This document shows positions 28,739-37,991 of a DNA stretch of 64,000 bases, piece by piece; position 1 is the stretch's first letter; each line of letters starts with the position of its first letter. A program made the translations under genes and the position numbers. The stretch is taken from positions 7,160 through 71,159 of the forward strand of contig CAVWGW010000018.1 in NCBI GenBank assembly GCA_963754615.1. The letters run 5' to 3'. The stretch is from an uncultured Chloroflexia bacterium (GTDB lineage Bacteria > Chloroflexota > Anaerolineae > Anaerolineales > UBA4823). The notes beneath the pieces are model-generated. The model saw only the letters and a program-made list of their open reading frames with translations, searched no databases and was not told the origin of the DNA.

Positions 28739-29212
28739 TCACTTTTCTTTGCTGATTTTCACCCTCATCCTCCCGATGAAGGCTTCCCACACCGGGTAAT
28801 GGCTTCCCTTCCAGATCTGCCCCCGAAAAGCCTCTGCCTGTTCTTCTGACCAGCCCAGGTTTTTCTGCGCGTAGAGCGAGTAAAATGCCGTTGCCCGGTA
28901 ATTCGCCGCGCAGTGGAGCAGGATTTTTCTTTCCATTAACTGTTTCATACGCTGGTCGAAAGCCTCAAAATCGCTCTCCTTTGGATTTTCCCAATCCACC
29001 GGAATGTGGGTATAGTCCATCCCAAGCGAATGCACCAGTCCCGCCTCGTCCTCCAGCGAATACTGCCGGTCGAGCGTCGCCAGGTTGATCACCGCCTCGA
29101 AACCTTCTTCCGCGGCTGCCTTCAGCTGCTCCTCCGTCGGCTGCCCGCCAGTGATAAGCTGATCGTTCACTTGGATATAGTTATATATTTCATCCGTGCT
29201 CATGCGATCCAT
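28739..29212 (-). CDS. Small phosphatase-like protein (DUF442 / dual-specificity phosphatase-like fold)
   Basis: 157 aa. The pattern LITGGQPTEEQLKAAAEEGFEAVINL ... LLHCAANYRATAF is a P-loop-like Cys-Arg motif. The assignment is by pattern only. Confidence 0.45.
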   Translation of the reverse strand: MDRMSTDEIYNYIQVNDQLITGGQPTEEQLKAAAEEGFEAVINLATLDRQYSLEDEAGLVHSLGMDYTHIPVDWENPKESDFEAFDQRMKQLMERKILLHCAANYRATAFYSLYAQKNLGWSEEQAEAFRGQIWKGSHYPVWEAFIGRMRVKISKEK

Positions 29213-29265
29213 CCTTTATTTCTTACTCAAAATTCATCGCCTCTCTTTGACCGCCCTTCACATGC

Positions 29266-30138
29266 TCACAGCAGCCTCAGCAGCTCTCCCAGGTTTTCCA
29301 AGATCAGGTCCGGCGCTGGCGCGGCCTCTTCAGCTTGCTTGCGGCTTGATGCACCAGTCAATACCACCGCTGCATGCATGCCCGCCTCAATTCCCATCTT
29401 CACGTCCGTTTCCAGCCGGTCGCCGATCACCAGGCAGCCCTCTGGCGGTAATTCCAAACACTGCATCGCCACTTCCATCATCACCTTTCCAGGCTTGCCC
29501 GCCAGCACCTCCACCTTGCGTCCGGTCAGGTGCTCCAGTGCTGCCAATGTCGCTCCGGCGTCAGGGATGCCGCCTCCAGGCATGGGACAGGTTTTATCGG
29601 GATTGGTGGCAAAGAAGCGCGCCCCATGCCTCAGCGCCTGGTAAGCGGTGTTCAGCTTGCGGTAATCCAATGTGCGGTCAAAAGCGATCACCACTGCGTC
29701 GATCCCGCTCGGTTCGATAACAGATTTCTCGTCCTGATCCCAGAGCTCCTCCTGAACCTTCAATCCGAAAGCCCTCAGCTCCGCTTTCAAGTTCTCCTCG
29801 CCCACCACGTAATATGCCAGGTCTGGGAAATGCTGCGAGAGGTAGGTTCCCAGCACGTATCCCGAGGTGATCACCTCGGCAGCAGAGGCGGGAATCCCCA
29901 GGCGGGTGAGCTTGGCTGCATAGCTCTGAGGTGGTTCCAGCGGTTTGTTTGAGATAAAAAGGATGCGCTTGCCTTGCTCCCGGATCGCCTGGATGGTTTC
30001 GGCTGCATAGGGCAGCACCTTTTCCCCTAAATAAAGTGTGCCATCCAGGTCGAAGATGAACCCTTGGATCTGATGGATAAATTCTTGATCCTTTATTGGC
30101 TTAGATTGGCGAAGATTAGCGGATTCTTTCTTATTCAT
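29266..30138 (-). CDS. HAD-IIA family phosphatase (NagD-like)
   Basis: FIFDLDGTLY (DxDGT), ISNKP and GDRLETDVKMG are present. The start overlaps the upstream kinase stop by 8 nt. Confidence 0.8.
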   Translation of the reverse strand: MNKKESANLRQSKPIKDQEFIHQIQGFIFDLDGTLYLGEKVLPYAAETIQAIREQGKRILFISNKPLEPPQSYAAKLTRLGIPASAAEVITSGYVLGTYLSQHFPDLAYYVVGEENLKAELRAFGLKVQEELWDQDEKSVIEPSGIDAVVIAFDRTLDYRKLNTAYQALRHGARFFATNPDKTCPMPGGGIPDAGATLAALEHLTGRKVEVLAGKPGKVMMEVAMQCLELPPEGCLVIGDRLETDVKMGIEAGMHAAVVLTGASSRKQAEEAAPAPDLILENLGELLRLL

Positions 30139-31666
30139 ATTCTGTCAGCTCCGTTAATCTCCTTAAGTACTTCTGTAGCGCTGGGAACAGGTTTACATAG
30201 ACTTCATCATAGATCTGCTGGTAGTAGGTCTGCCGGCTGCGGTCTGGCTCGATCCCTTGCACTTCGGTGTGTGCCATGGCCTGGGCAGCCCGGCGGGTGT
30301 CGGGGTGCAGCCCCGCTGCGCTGGCTGCCAGGATGCCTGCTCCCAGGGCAGCACATTCTTGTGACGTGGAACGGAAGACCGGGATGCCCGTGATATCTGC
30401 AACGATCTGGCGCCACAGGTCATTCTGCGCTCCGCCGCCTGCAGCGATATATCGTTGGGTGCGGGTTCCCAACACACGCTCGACTCCTCGTGTATTCAAG
30501 CACTGTTCGAAGGCAATTCCTTCCAGGATCGAGCGATACAGGTGAGCGCGCCCGTGGGCACCGCGCCAGCCGACCACGATCCCGCTGGCGGAGGCATCCC
30601 AATAGGGTCCCATGGCGCTGTTCCAATAGGGCACCAGCAGCAAGCCAAGCGACCCAGGCGGAATTTTACTGGCTTCTGCCTCGAAGAATGCCTCGAGGGA
30701 AATTCCCTGCGCTTGATCATCCAAGCTGCCAAAATTCTCGACGAACCAGCGAATGATATAAGATCCGCCCAAGATGGCTGTCTCGATGAAATAGGTCCCG
30801 GGGATTCCGGCATACAGGGTGCGGAAGGCCGGATCAACCTGGTAAGTTGCGCTGAAAACACCCGAGATGAAGCTGGTGCCCATACTCAGGTAGGCTTCAT
30901 CTTGCCGGGTGATGTTGGCGCCCAACCCGGCTGCCTGCCCGTCTCCCAACCCGGCTGCTAATAGAACACCTGGTTCAAATCCGCATGTGCTGGCTGCCTG
31001 GGGAGTTAATTCCCCGAGGATCGCTCCGGGTGGAAAGGCTTTTGGAAGCTGCTCTAGCTTCAATCCAATGCCGGTGACCAGCTCCTGCGACCAATCATTC
31101 ACCTTAATGTCGAACAACCCCATCGGGTCTGCACAGCCCCATCCGGTAAGGATCTTTCCCGTCATCCGCTGGACCAGGTAGGCGTGTACATCCAGGAAAT
31201 AAGCAGTCCGCTCGACAACCTCCGGCTCATATTCCTGCAGCCAGGCGATCTTGGCGATGCTTAAATTTCCCGAGAGCGGCTTGCCAGTGATCTCGTGAAA
31301 GCGTTCGAAACCGAATTTCTGTCTTAGTCCAGGTATCAGAGGGCGGGCGCGCTCATCCATCCACAAGATGGCATTGCGCAGCGGTTGATTTTTCTCATCT
31401 ACAGGCACGAAGGTCTCGCGCTGGTGTGAGATCGAGATGGCAGCGATCCGTTCTGGATTGACCTGTTCTGCCACCTGCCGCAGTGCGGCGCTGGTCGCTC
31501 TCCACCAATCTTCTGCGTCCTGCTCGTGCCAATCAGTTCGCGGCCTCAAGAGCGCCAGGTTGCTGCGTCCAATGGCGGCTGCATTCCCCTCCTGATCCCA
31601 GGCGATCGCCTTGACTCCGGTTGTGCTGCAGTCGATACCAATAACAAGATCAGCGCTCATGTTCAT
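30131..31666 (-). CDS. FGGY-family carbohydrate kinase (xylulokinase-like)
   Basis: VIGIDCSTTGVKAIAW and C-terminal AAGGGAQNDLWRQIVADITG are present. I chose the start at MNMSADL (ATGA overlap with the upstream gene stop); the ORF track start is 31714. Confidence 0.85.
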   Translation of the reverse strand: MNMSADLVIGIDCSTTGVKAIAWDQEGNAAAIGRSNLALLRPRTDWHEQDAEDWWRATSAALRQVAEQVNPERIAAISISHQRETFVPVDEKNQPLRNAILWMDERARPLIPGLRQKFGFERFHEITGKPLSGNLSIAKIAWLQEYEPEVVERTAYFLDVHAYLVQRMTGKILTGWGCADPMGLFDIKVNDWSQELVTGIGLKLEQLPKAFPPGAILGELTPQAASTCGFEPGVLLAAGLGDGQAAGLGANITRQDEAYLSMGTSFISGVFSATYQVDPAFRTLYAGIPGTYFIETAILGGSYIIRWFVENFGSLDDQAQGISLEAFFEAEASKIPPGSLGLLLVPYWNSAMGPYWDASASGIVVGWRGAHGRAHLYRSILEGIAFEQCLNTRGVERVLGTRTQRYIAAGGGAQNDLWRQIVADITGIPVFRSTSQECAALGAGILAASAAGLHPDTRRAAQAMAHTEVQGIEPDRSRQTYYQQIYDEVYVNLFPALQKYLRRLTELTEYE

Positions 31667-32055
31667 TTGAGTAATTCGCCCGTCCAACGATCTCGGTTTT
31701 CCCAGTAAGGGCATAGGGGGCAGGCTTCTCCTTCAGGATAATCGATCCCCTCTTCGTGCGGACAGCCGATGATGCGATCGACCATGGTTACTCGCTTTGC
31801 GCCTTTCTCCTGGAAAAATTTGAGCATCTCTTGGCTGATGCTCACATCTTGTCGGACATCAACCCCCGAAGAGAACCATTCCTTGAATTCAGCTGCATCC
31901 TCGTCTTTTTCGGTAAGGATGATCCCTACGACCACTTTCGATGCGAAAAGGTGATCCGGACCATAATATGCAATTGTCGCGACAGGATATTCAACCATTT
32001 TTCGGCGAGCTTTCTCTTCTAAGGTATAACGAGGGTTGGGAGTTGGGGTCATCAC
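31663..32055 (-). CDS. Hypothetical protein with C-terminal Cys motif
   Basis: 130 aa, translationally coupled to the downstream kinase. I recognise no family. The C-terminus is GCPHEEGIDYPEGEACPLCPYW. Confidence 0.5.
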   Translation of the reverse strand: MMTPTPNPRYTLEEKARRKMVEYPVATIAYYGPDHLFASKVVVGIILTEKDEDAAEFKEWFSSGVDVRQDVSISQEMLKFFQEKGAKRVTMVDRIIGCPHEEGIDYPEGEACPLCPYWENRDRWTGELLK

Positions 32056-32071
32056 TCATCTCCTTTCTGGT

Positions 32072-33673
32072 TCATTCCCCAATCCGTCGAACAATACAGA
32101 AATCAGCTCCATCTTTTCCAACACTTAAGACGAGCGGTTCATAATAACGAATGTTTTGATCATCATCAAAACGGGTGGTAAAGAGCATGATGCTTCCCTC
32201 CGGTATCTGGTCTTTGACCGGCCATAAATCTTCAATAAGGAGTGAATCACCGGCAACTTCGGCTGCCAGATCTGGGTTTCGCAATACATAGACTTTGGTC
32301 ACTTCAGGCCGGGTTTTCTGAATCTCTTCGAGGGCTTCTTGATAGCATGTCAACCAGAAGTCAGTTTCAAAGCGCCGGAACGCACCACCCGTTCCGCCCA
32401 CAAAGCTGTTGTAATAAGTATATTCGTAAGGAAATAACCTGAGAATGCCAAAGATCCCAGAGAATACCATCACCGTGACCAGGATCACCTGCATCCAGGT
32501 CTTTCTCACCCAGGTGAAAAGGCGCTCAAAGGCAAACCCGGTGAAGATGAAGATGGGAGGCAGAATAAACATAAAATGTCTCAATCCATCATAAAGCGGT
32601 GGTTTATTGATGATCACATAAAAAAAGGGCAACAAGAACCAAAGCAGCACCGGTAAAAGCGACTGCCACTCGATCTTCTTGTAGGATTTCTTCCAGGCCA
32701 GTGCAGCCAGGCCGGAGAGGAAGAGCAGCCAGACGACCTCGGTGAAATTAATGAAAACCGTCACTGGAAAATAGGTGAATGGCAGGTGGTTCGAGCGATA
32801 GTAAACCCCCTGGAAAAGGACTGAGACGATGACGGGGTTTTTGGACATGTATTGAAATACTTCGAGATATCTGGTGATCGGGTTATCCCATAAATAAGGC
32901 CAGGTCAGGTAATTTACCAGGAAGGCAATCAAGACCATGGTCACCAGATTCGGGATCGACCTCCGGCCATATTTAACCAGTGCATAAAGGGCGATGAGGA
33001 TACCAGCGAATGGTCCCAGCATACGGATTGAGGCCAACAACCCGAGTGTGAGCCCTGCTGGCAGCATGTCCAGGAATAAACAAGCCAGCCGGGTAGTGAA
33101 TTTCGGAGGGCGATCCTTACCTTTCCCCAGGCGATCGATGCACCAGTAGCCGAGGTAGATGGCTGCCAGGAAGAAGCTCATGAAGGGGATATCCTTCGGG
33201 TTGATAAAGGCATGCCCCCAGAATATAGGCTGGGTTGAGAATAAAAGCGCCGCGGCAAAAGCGGCTCTCTTACTCATCCAGCGTAAACACAGGAGGTAGA
33301 AAAAAATGATCCCAGCCTGAAATGAGAGAAAGTTGATGATGTGCCAGCTTGGATACCAGGGCACTTGGAATATGGAGGTCAAAACCCTAACCAGCATCCC
33401 CGCCATCAAGAGGTAAGCTGGGCCGTACATTTTATTGCCTTCTTGAGGTGGTCCAAAAGCTTTCTCAATCTGAAACTGCCCGTTCAAGCGTTCCTGGATC
33501 GAGTATGCATAGGAAATTGTGGAGGCATATCGATAAAACCCAGGTTCGTCCCACGAGGCGCCGTATACCTGGAAGGTAAAGATGCCAATGATGAGATTGA
33601 TCAGGATTAAAACGATGAAAGGAAGATGAGGCAGGCGTGTCAAACTGCGAACGTCAAAGCTGAGACGAGGCAT
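32072..33673 (-). CDS. GT-C fold membrane glycosyltransferase (GT39/ArnT/PMT_2-like)
   Basis: 533 aa with more than 10 TM helices. The first periplasmic loop carries SWDEPGFYRYA (the acidic DE motif typical of polyprenyl-phosphate-sugar-dependent GT-C enzymes). The C-terminal soluble domain is about 120 aa. Confidence 0.7.
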   Translation of the reverse strand: MPRLSFDVRSLTRLPHLPFIVLILINLIIGIFTFQVYGASWDEPGFYRYASTISYAYSIQERLNGQFQIEKAFGPPQEGNKMYGPAYLLMAGMLVRVLTSIFQVPWYPSWHIINFLSFQAGIIFFYLLCLRWMSKRAAFAAALLFSTQPIFWGHAFINPKDIPFMSFFLAAIYLGYWCIDRLGKGKDRPPKFTTRLACLFLDMLPAGLTLGLLASIRMLGPFAGILIALYALVKYGRRSIPNLVTMVLIAFLVNYLTWPYLWDNPITRYLEVFQYMSKNPVIVSVLFQGVYYRSNHLPFTYFPVTVFINFTEVVWLLFLSGLAALAWKKSYKKIEWQSLLPVLLWFLLPFFYVIINKPPLYDGLRHFMFILPPIFIFTGFAFERLFTWVRKTWMQVILVTVMVFSGIFGILRLFPYEYTYYNSFVGGTGGAFRRFETDFWLTCYQEALEEIQKTRPEVTKVYVLRNPDLAAEVAGDSLLIEDLWPVKDQIPEGSIMLFTTRFDDDQNIRYYEPLVLSVGKDGADFCIVRRIGE

Positions 33674-33697
33674 AAAATGATTATAACAAGGAAAGTG

Positions 33698-35206
33698 TCA
33701 GGCTTCAGGCGCGAACACCCGCCTGTAGAATTCTTTTTGGGAGCGGAGCATGGCTTGGAAGCGCAGGTGCCTCTCAGCATCTGGCTTGTAAGCTTCTCCG
33801 ACAGAGGGAATGAAATCGCCCGCTTCCTGGATGATCCCAAGCGCTTCCAGGGCCAGCAGTGCAACCCCACGGGCTGACACCTCTCCCATCGTGGATGGAT
33901 AAACTGGTTGTCCCAGGGCATCTGCCAGCCTGGAGAGCATAAACGGTGAATGCATCGCCGCTCCTCCGCTGGCGATGATCTGAGGCTGCGCTGGGAGTGC
34001 CTGCCTCAAGAGCTCATAAACTTGCGCGATACGGCATATCACTCCCTCCAGTCCAGCTTGCAGCAGGTCGAGCGGCGTGGTTGCTAAGGTCAAGCCGGTT
34101 ATTGATCCAGTCGCATTATCTGCCCAGCCTGGGCTGCGTTCCCCGGCGATCATAGGTAGAAAAGTGAGACCGTGTGTGCCAGGAGTTGTCTGGAGTAAGG
34201 CGGTTTCTAAGTCAGAGATGGGGTCAATTCGGGTCAGCTTCTTCAACCAGTTGAAAAAGTTCCCTCCTTCGGTCAGTGCTCCTCCCAGTAAAGCACGCCC
34301 TCGGTCCACGCGGTAGCACCACAAGCCTGCTGGAATGTGTTCTATCTCATTCTTGAAGACTGCGCGAACTGCGCTGGTGCTCCCGAGGGAGATTGTGACC
34401 CGTTCTGCGGAGGTACACCCGCTGCCAATGTTAGCAGCCGCTCCATCACCGATGGCAGGGAACCAGGGGATCTCAGCCAGGGTAGGCCAGCGCTGCCGAA
34501 AAATCGCTTGTAGGCCCTGGTTGGGTTGGTCGATATCACACAACGGTGAAAGGTTGTTAGCCTTGACCGGCAGGCGTTCCAATAATTCCTCATCCCAAAC
34601 CAGGTGCTTTCGATCCAAGAGACCCGTCCACGAAGCTGCCGAATAGCTGACAGCCGCGTTTCCAAACAATTTAAGCCACATATATTCACCCAACGAAACC
34701 CAGCGTACCGCTTTTTCAAAAACATCGGGATTAATGCGGTGCAGCCAGAGCAAGCGGGCTGGAAGATAGCTGGAATGAAAATAACACCCCAAGCGTTGGT
34801 GGATGGTTTCCTCATCAAACTGCTTCCGTAAACGACGAGTTTCATCTTTAGGGCGGGTATCAGAATAAAGGAACAGGGGGGTGACCGCGGTTCCGTCTTG
34901 GTTAATCCCCAGGATATTACTCACGAATGTGCAGGCTGCAACGCCGGCAATTTGCCCGGCCAGGCTGCCAGATTGTTGGATTGCCAGGTCGATGCTGCGG
35001 AAGACCTGGTTCATCAGCGCTTCTGCATCTGCTTCGATGCCTTCCTCCGGCAGGATGGTGAACTGGTAGGGCTGGCGACCTTCGATTCCCGGAACCGCAT
35101 TTCCGTGCCTGTCAAAGAGCAGTGCTCGGGCGTGGGAAGTGCCAATATCGAGCGCAAGAATATACGGAGGGTTTGCAGCGCTATGCTGCGGCTGAAGAGG
35201 ATGGAT
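33698..35206 (-). CDS. FGGY-family carbohydrate kinase (gluconokinase-like); no canonical start codon, possibly ATC-initiated
   Basis: The ORF track begins at Met 35014, but the same frame is open upstream to 35272. That upstream stretch encodes the expected N-terminal ATPase motif PPYILALDIGTSHARALLFD. There is no in-frame ATG, GTG or TTG there. AGGAGG (35217-35212) lies 5 nt before an in-frame ATC (35206-35204). Confidence 0.7.
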   Translation of the reverse strand: MHPLQPQHSAANPPYILALDIGTSHARALLFDRHGNAVPGIEGRQPYQFTILPEEGIEADAEALMNQVFRSIDLAIQQSGSLAGQIAGVAACTFVSNILGINQDGTAVTPLFLYSDTRPKDETRRLRKQFDEETIHQRLGCYFHSSYLPARLLWLHRINPDVFEKAVRWVSLGEYMWLKLFGNAAVSYSAASWTGLLDRKHLVWDEELLERLPVKANNLSPLCDIDQPNQGLQAIFRQRWPTLAEIPWFPAIGDGAAANIGSGCTSAERVTISLGSTSAVRAVFKNEIEHIPAGLWCYRVDRGRALLGGALTEGGNFFNWLKKLTRIDPISDLETALLQTTPGTHGLTFLPMIAGERSPGWADNATGSITGLTLATTPLDLLQAGLEGVICRIAQVYELLRQALPAQPQIIASGGAAMHSPFMLSRLADALGQPVYPSTMGEVSARGVALLALEALGIIQEAGDFIPSVGEAYKPDAERHLRFQAMLRSQKEFYRRVFAPEA

Positions 35207-35244
35207 GGTTGCCTCCTGGCAGTTGCCTGATTTTTCTGAGCGGT

Positions 35245-36612
35245 TTACCAGAAACCTTCGGGCAGCCCAATTTCATTGAACATTGCCCAGGCTTTATCGA
35301 TGGGAAGGTGGGTGGTGGGATCGTTGAACACCGCCTGGAACGCCAAATCTTGATCTCTTTTCAAAGCGGCTTCGATGATCATCTCCTGGTTTGCCACATG
35401 CCTGGAGACCAATCCCAGCACTCCCGGGGGCAGCGCACCAGCCGTTAGAGGGGTCACACGGTTGCGGCTGAAATGGGCATTTGTTTCGACCACTGCATGG
35501 ATAGGCAAATTGGAGACCTGCCCGGTGTTTTCGGCATTGACATTGGTGATGAAATCCTCCAATCCCAGGAGGGCGCGAATTTGACGTAAAGCCTCTTCAC
35601 CAGAATCCTGGGGTTCCCACTTCAATAAGCCATCGAGATAGTTCTGCGCGATCTGCGGGGCAGTCTTCCAGCGCTCGATCCGCCAGGCAACCGGCGTGCG
35701 AATGATTCCCCAGCGGAATAACTCATCGGGAGAATGGGTGAAGCCGGGTACAAACTCCGAGAGGTGCCGGTCGCCAGCCGCTGCCAGGTTGCCGAATCGT
35801 TTGAGCAGCTCGAACTTGATCTGGTGGTGGTCCTGAAACCACCCTCCGCTGTTTTCTACTTCCTCCTGGGTGTAGTCCCGCAAGATGCCTGGCTTTTCTA
35901 TGTGCTGGCGAGCGATTGATAACAGGTCATGTCCTTGGAAATCACTGCGGTCGATCCAGGTGAAATGGTTGATGCCAAAAACGTTCACCCGAATATCATC
36001 CCGCTTGGGGGTTTCCTCCAGTCCAAGGGCTTCTTGTGCCAGGCCTGCCAGTAAGTGTTGGGTTCCGAATACTTCATGGCAGCAGCCAAAGACTTTCAAG
36101 CTGGGCTCAACCTTCGTCAGGGTGCGCGTGCAGATGCTCATGGGGTTGGAGTAATTGATTACCCAGGCTTCTGGGCAGTGATCTGCAATGGCATGGGCGA
36201 AACCTTCATATGTGATCGCTGAGCGCAGGCCGCGCATCAAGCCTGGTGCTCCCGTGGTATCCCCTACAGGGTAGAACATGCCGTATTTTTCTGCTACAGC
36301 AACCTCATGTTCCATCATCTCCAAAGGTCCAGGCTGGATAGAGATGAACACAAAATCAGCGCCTTGAAGGGCTTCTGGGAGGCTTTCAACAGCCCGGTAA
36401 TCCCACCTCGACAGTACTCCTGGCTGAGTCTGCAGCCAATTGCCCAACTTCTCGTTCAGCCGGGCTGCCTCCAGGTCAATGTCGTATAGGTGCACTTCAC
36501 CGCAAAGCTCAGCGCATAATGCCAGGTCATTCATCAGAATATGCGCCCAGCCGCGGCTGCCTCCCCCGATATAGGCAATTTTGAGATGGATTTCAGCTTG
36601 TTTTATCATCAT
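35245..36612 (-). CDS. GH4 family glycoside hydrolase (NAD+/Mn2+-dependent alpha-glucosidase/alpha-galactosidase type)
   Basis: KIAYIGGGSRGW dinucleotide fold, NYSNPM and the FGCCHEVFG metal-binding Cys-His motif are present. Confidence 0.85.
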   Translation of the reverse strand: MMIKQAEIHLKIAYIGGGSRGWAHILMNDLALCAELCGEVHLYDIDLEAARLNEKLGNWLQTQPGVLSRWDYRAVESLPEALQGADFVFISIQPGPLEMMEHEVAVAEKYGMFYPVGDTTGAPGLMRGLRSAITYEGFAHAIADHCPEAWVINYSNPMSICTRTLTKVEPSLKVFGCCHEVFGTQHLLAGLAQEALGLEETPKRDDIRVNVFGINHFTWIDRSDFQGHDLLSIARQHIEKPGILRDYTQEEVENSGGWFQDHHQIKFELLKRFGNLAAAGDRHLSEFVPGFTHSPDELFRWGIIRTPVAWRIERWKTAPQIAQNYLDGLLKWEPQDSGEEALRQIRALLGLEDFITNVNAENTGQVSNLPIHAVVETNAHFSRNRVTPLTAGALPPGVLGLVSRHVANQEMIIEAALKRDQDLAFQAVFNDPTTHLPIDKAWAMFNEIGLPEGFW

Positions 36613-36840
36613 AACCTGAACCTAACCTGGAATTGTAAAGAGGATGCATACCCGATTTATTACCGCTTTGGCAACGTCTTCACGGTTTATCTTTCCTTTT
36701 GCGTCGAGTGGGATGCCAAAATACTGGTTATAGTTTTACCCCGAATCGGGTCTTATGGCAACTGATAAAAGAGATAATATTGGGGTTACAGATGTATAAT
36801 CTAAGCAAGGAATATAATAACCCATCTTCACAAATTCACT

Positions 36841-37269
36841 ATGGAGATGATGATGCCAAATATAAAAATTAGAACTGGCATGCAGGTGGAGATTGAGCTG
36901 GTCGACCTGGAAGGCAATGCTGAACACCAGGTGCTCGTTATTGTGCCAGATAAACTGGCCGATTATGCTCATCACTTATTAGGAGAAGGCACTCCGCTGG
37001 CAAAAGCTTTACTGGGTAGAACAGTAGAAGAAGAGCTTCCCTATCGTTTAGACGATATTATCAAGGTGCGTATTCTGGATGTTCGTTCAGTGGTTTCAGA
37101 TGCTACTTTCGATGCAGTATCCCAGCGTGAAGCCGAATATCGGCAAGCACTTGCCGACTTTGAAAAGCGCAATGCCGCCGCTTTTGCATCTTCGTTCAGC
37201 GGGAAATGGGGTGATTATGACCCGGATGGCGTAGAGAAATGGGAAAACGAACAAAAGACCAAAGAATAG
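36841..37269 (+). CDS. GreA/GreB C-terminal-domain-like protein
   Basis: IRTGMQVEIELVDLEGNAEHQVLVIVPDKLADYAHHLLGEGTPLAKALLGRTVEEELPY fits the GreA C-terminal FKBP-like pattern. Four in-frame ATGs lie at 36841-36855; ATG 36853 has GGAGA 5 nt upstream. Two TATAAT boxes lie upstream. Confidence 0.55.
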   Translation: MEMMMPNIKIRTGMQVEIELVDLEGNAEHQVLVIVPDKLADYAHHLLGEGTPLAKALLGRTVEEELPYRLDDIIKVRILDVRSVVSDATFDAVSQREAEYRQALADFEKRNAAAFASSFSGKWGDYDPDGVEKWENEQKTKE

Positions 37270-37282
37270 TTCGGTATTTGCT

Positions 37283-37942
37283 TCACTTCATCCCGCGTGC
37301 TTCTTGAATCCATCCTAACATATGGGTCACACCTAGACGAATCGAGTCATAATCGCCAGAGGCCAGGGCTTTTTGGTTGATGAGTTGGCTGCCAACCCCC
37401 AGCCCGCAAGCCCCAGCTTTGATCCAGGTACGCACGCTTTCTGGCGTGACCTCTACGCCACCTGCCGGCATGAGCCGAGACCAGGGCATGGGTCCGAGCA
37501 CGGCTTTGATAAGCTCTGGGGAAGGAGGAAATACTTTTACAATTTCTGCGCCAGCTTCTTCGGCATTTGAAATCTCAGTGGGGGTCGCACAACCTGGGAT
37601 GTAGGGAATTTTTCGCCGGTTGCACAGTCGGGCGATCTCGGAGTTGAAGGTTGGGGCAACAATAAACTTTGCCCCTTGGGCGATAAACAAAGCGGCTGTC
37701 GGTGCATCCAAGATAGAACCGATTCCCAAGATTAAAGAGGGGTTTGTATGGCGGAATTTTTCAACAAGAACTGAGAACACCGCCAGGGCGCCCTCTCCCC
37801 GGTTGGTGAACTCCACCACTTTAGCTCCGCCATCAGCGCAGGCGGCAACGGTTTGCCGGGCAACTTCCATATCAGGATGGAAGAACAGCGGAACTAACCC
37901 CGTGTCGAGGATCGTTTGAATTACGGACATGCGATCGGACAT
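37283..37942 (-). CDS. eda: KDPG/KHG aldolase
   Basis: 219 aa. VVEFTNRGEGA, IVAPTFN and the Schiff-base lysine context EIVKVFP are present. Confidence 0.85.
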   Translation of the reverse strand: MSDRMSVIQTILDTGLVPLFFHPDMEVARQTVAACADGGAKVVEFTNRGEGALAVFSVLVEKFRHTNPSLILGIGSILDAPTAALFIAQGAKFIVAPTFNSEIARLCNRRKIPYIPGCATPTEISNAEEAGAEIVKVFPPSPELIKAVLGPMPWSRLMPAGGVEVTPESVRTWIKAGACGLGVGSQLINQKALASGDYDSIRLGVTHMLGWIQEARGMK

Positions 37943-37991
37943 AAATTTCCTTCCTCTTTATAGAAACCTTGAACTAAAGCCTTGTCTAGTC

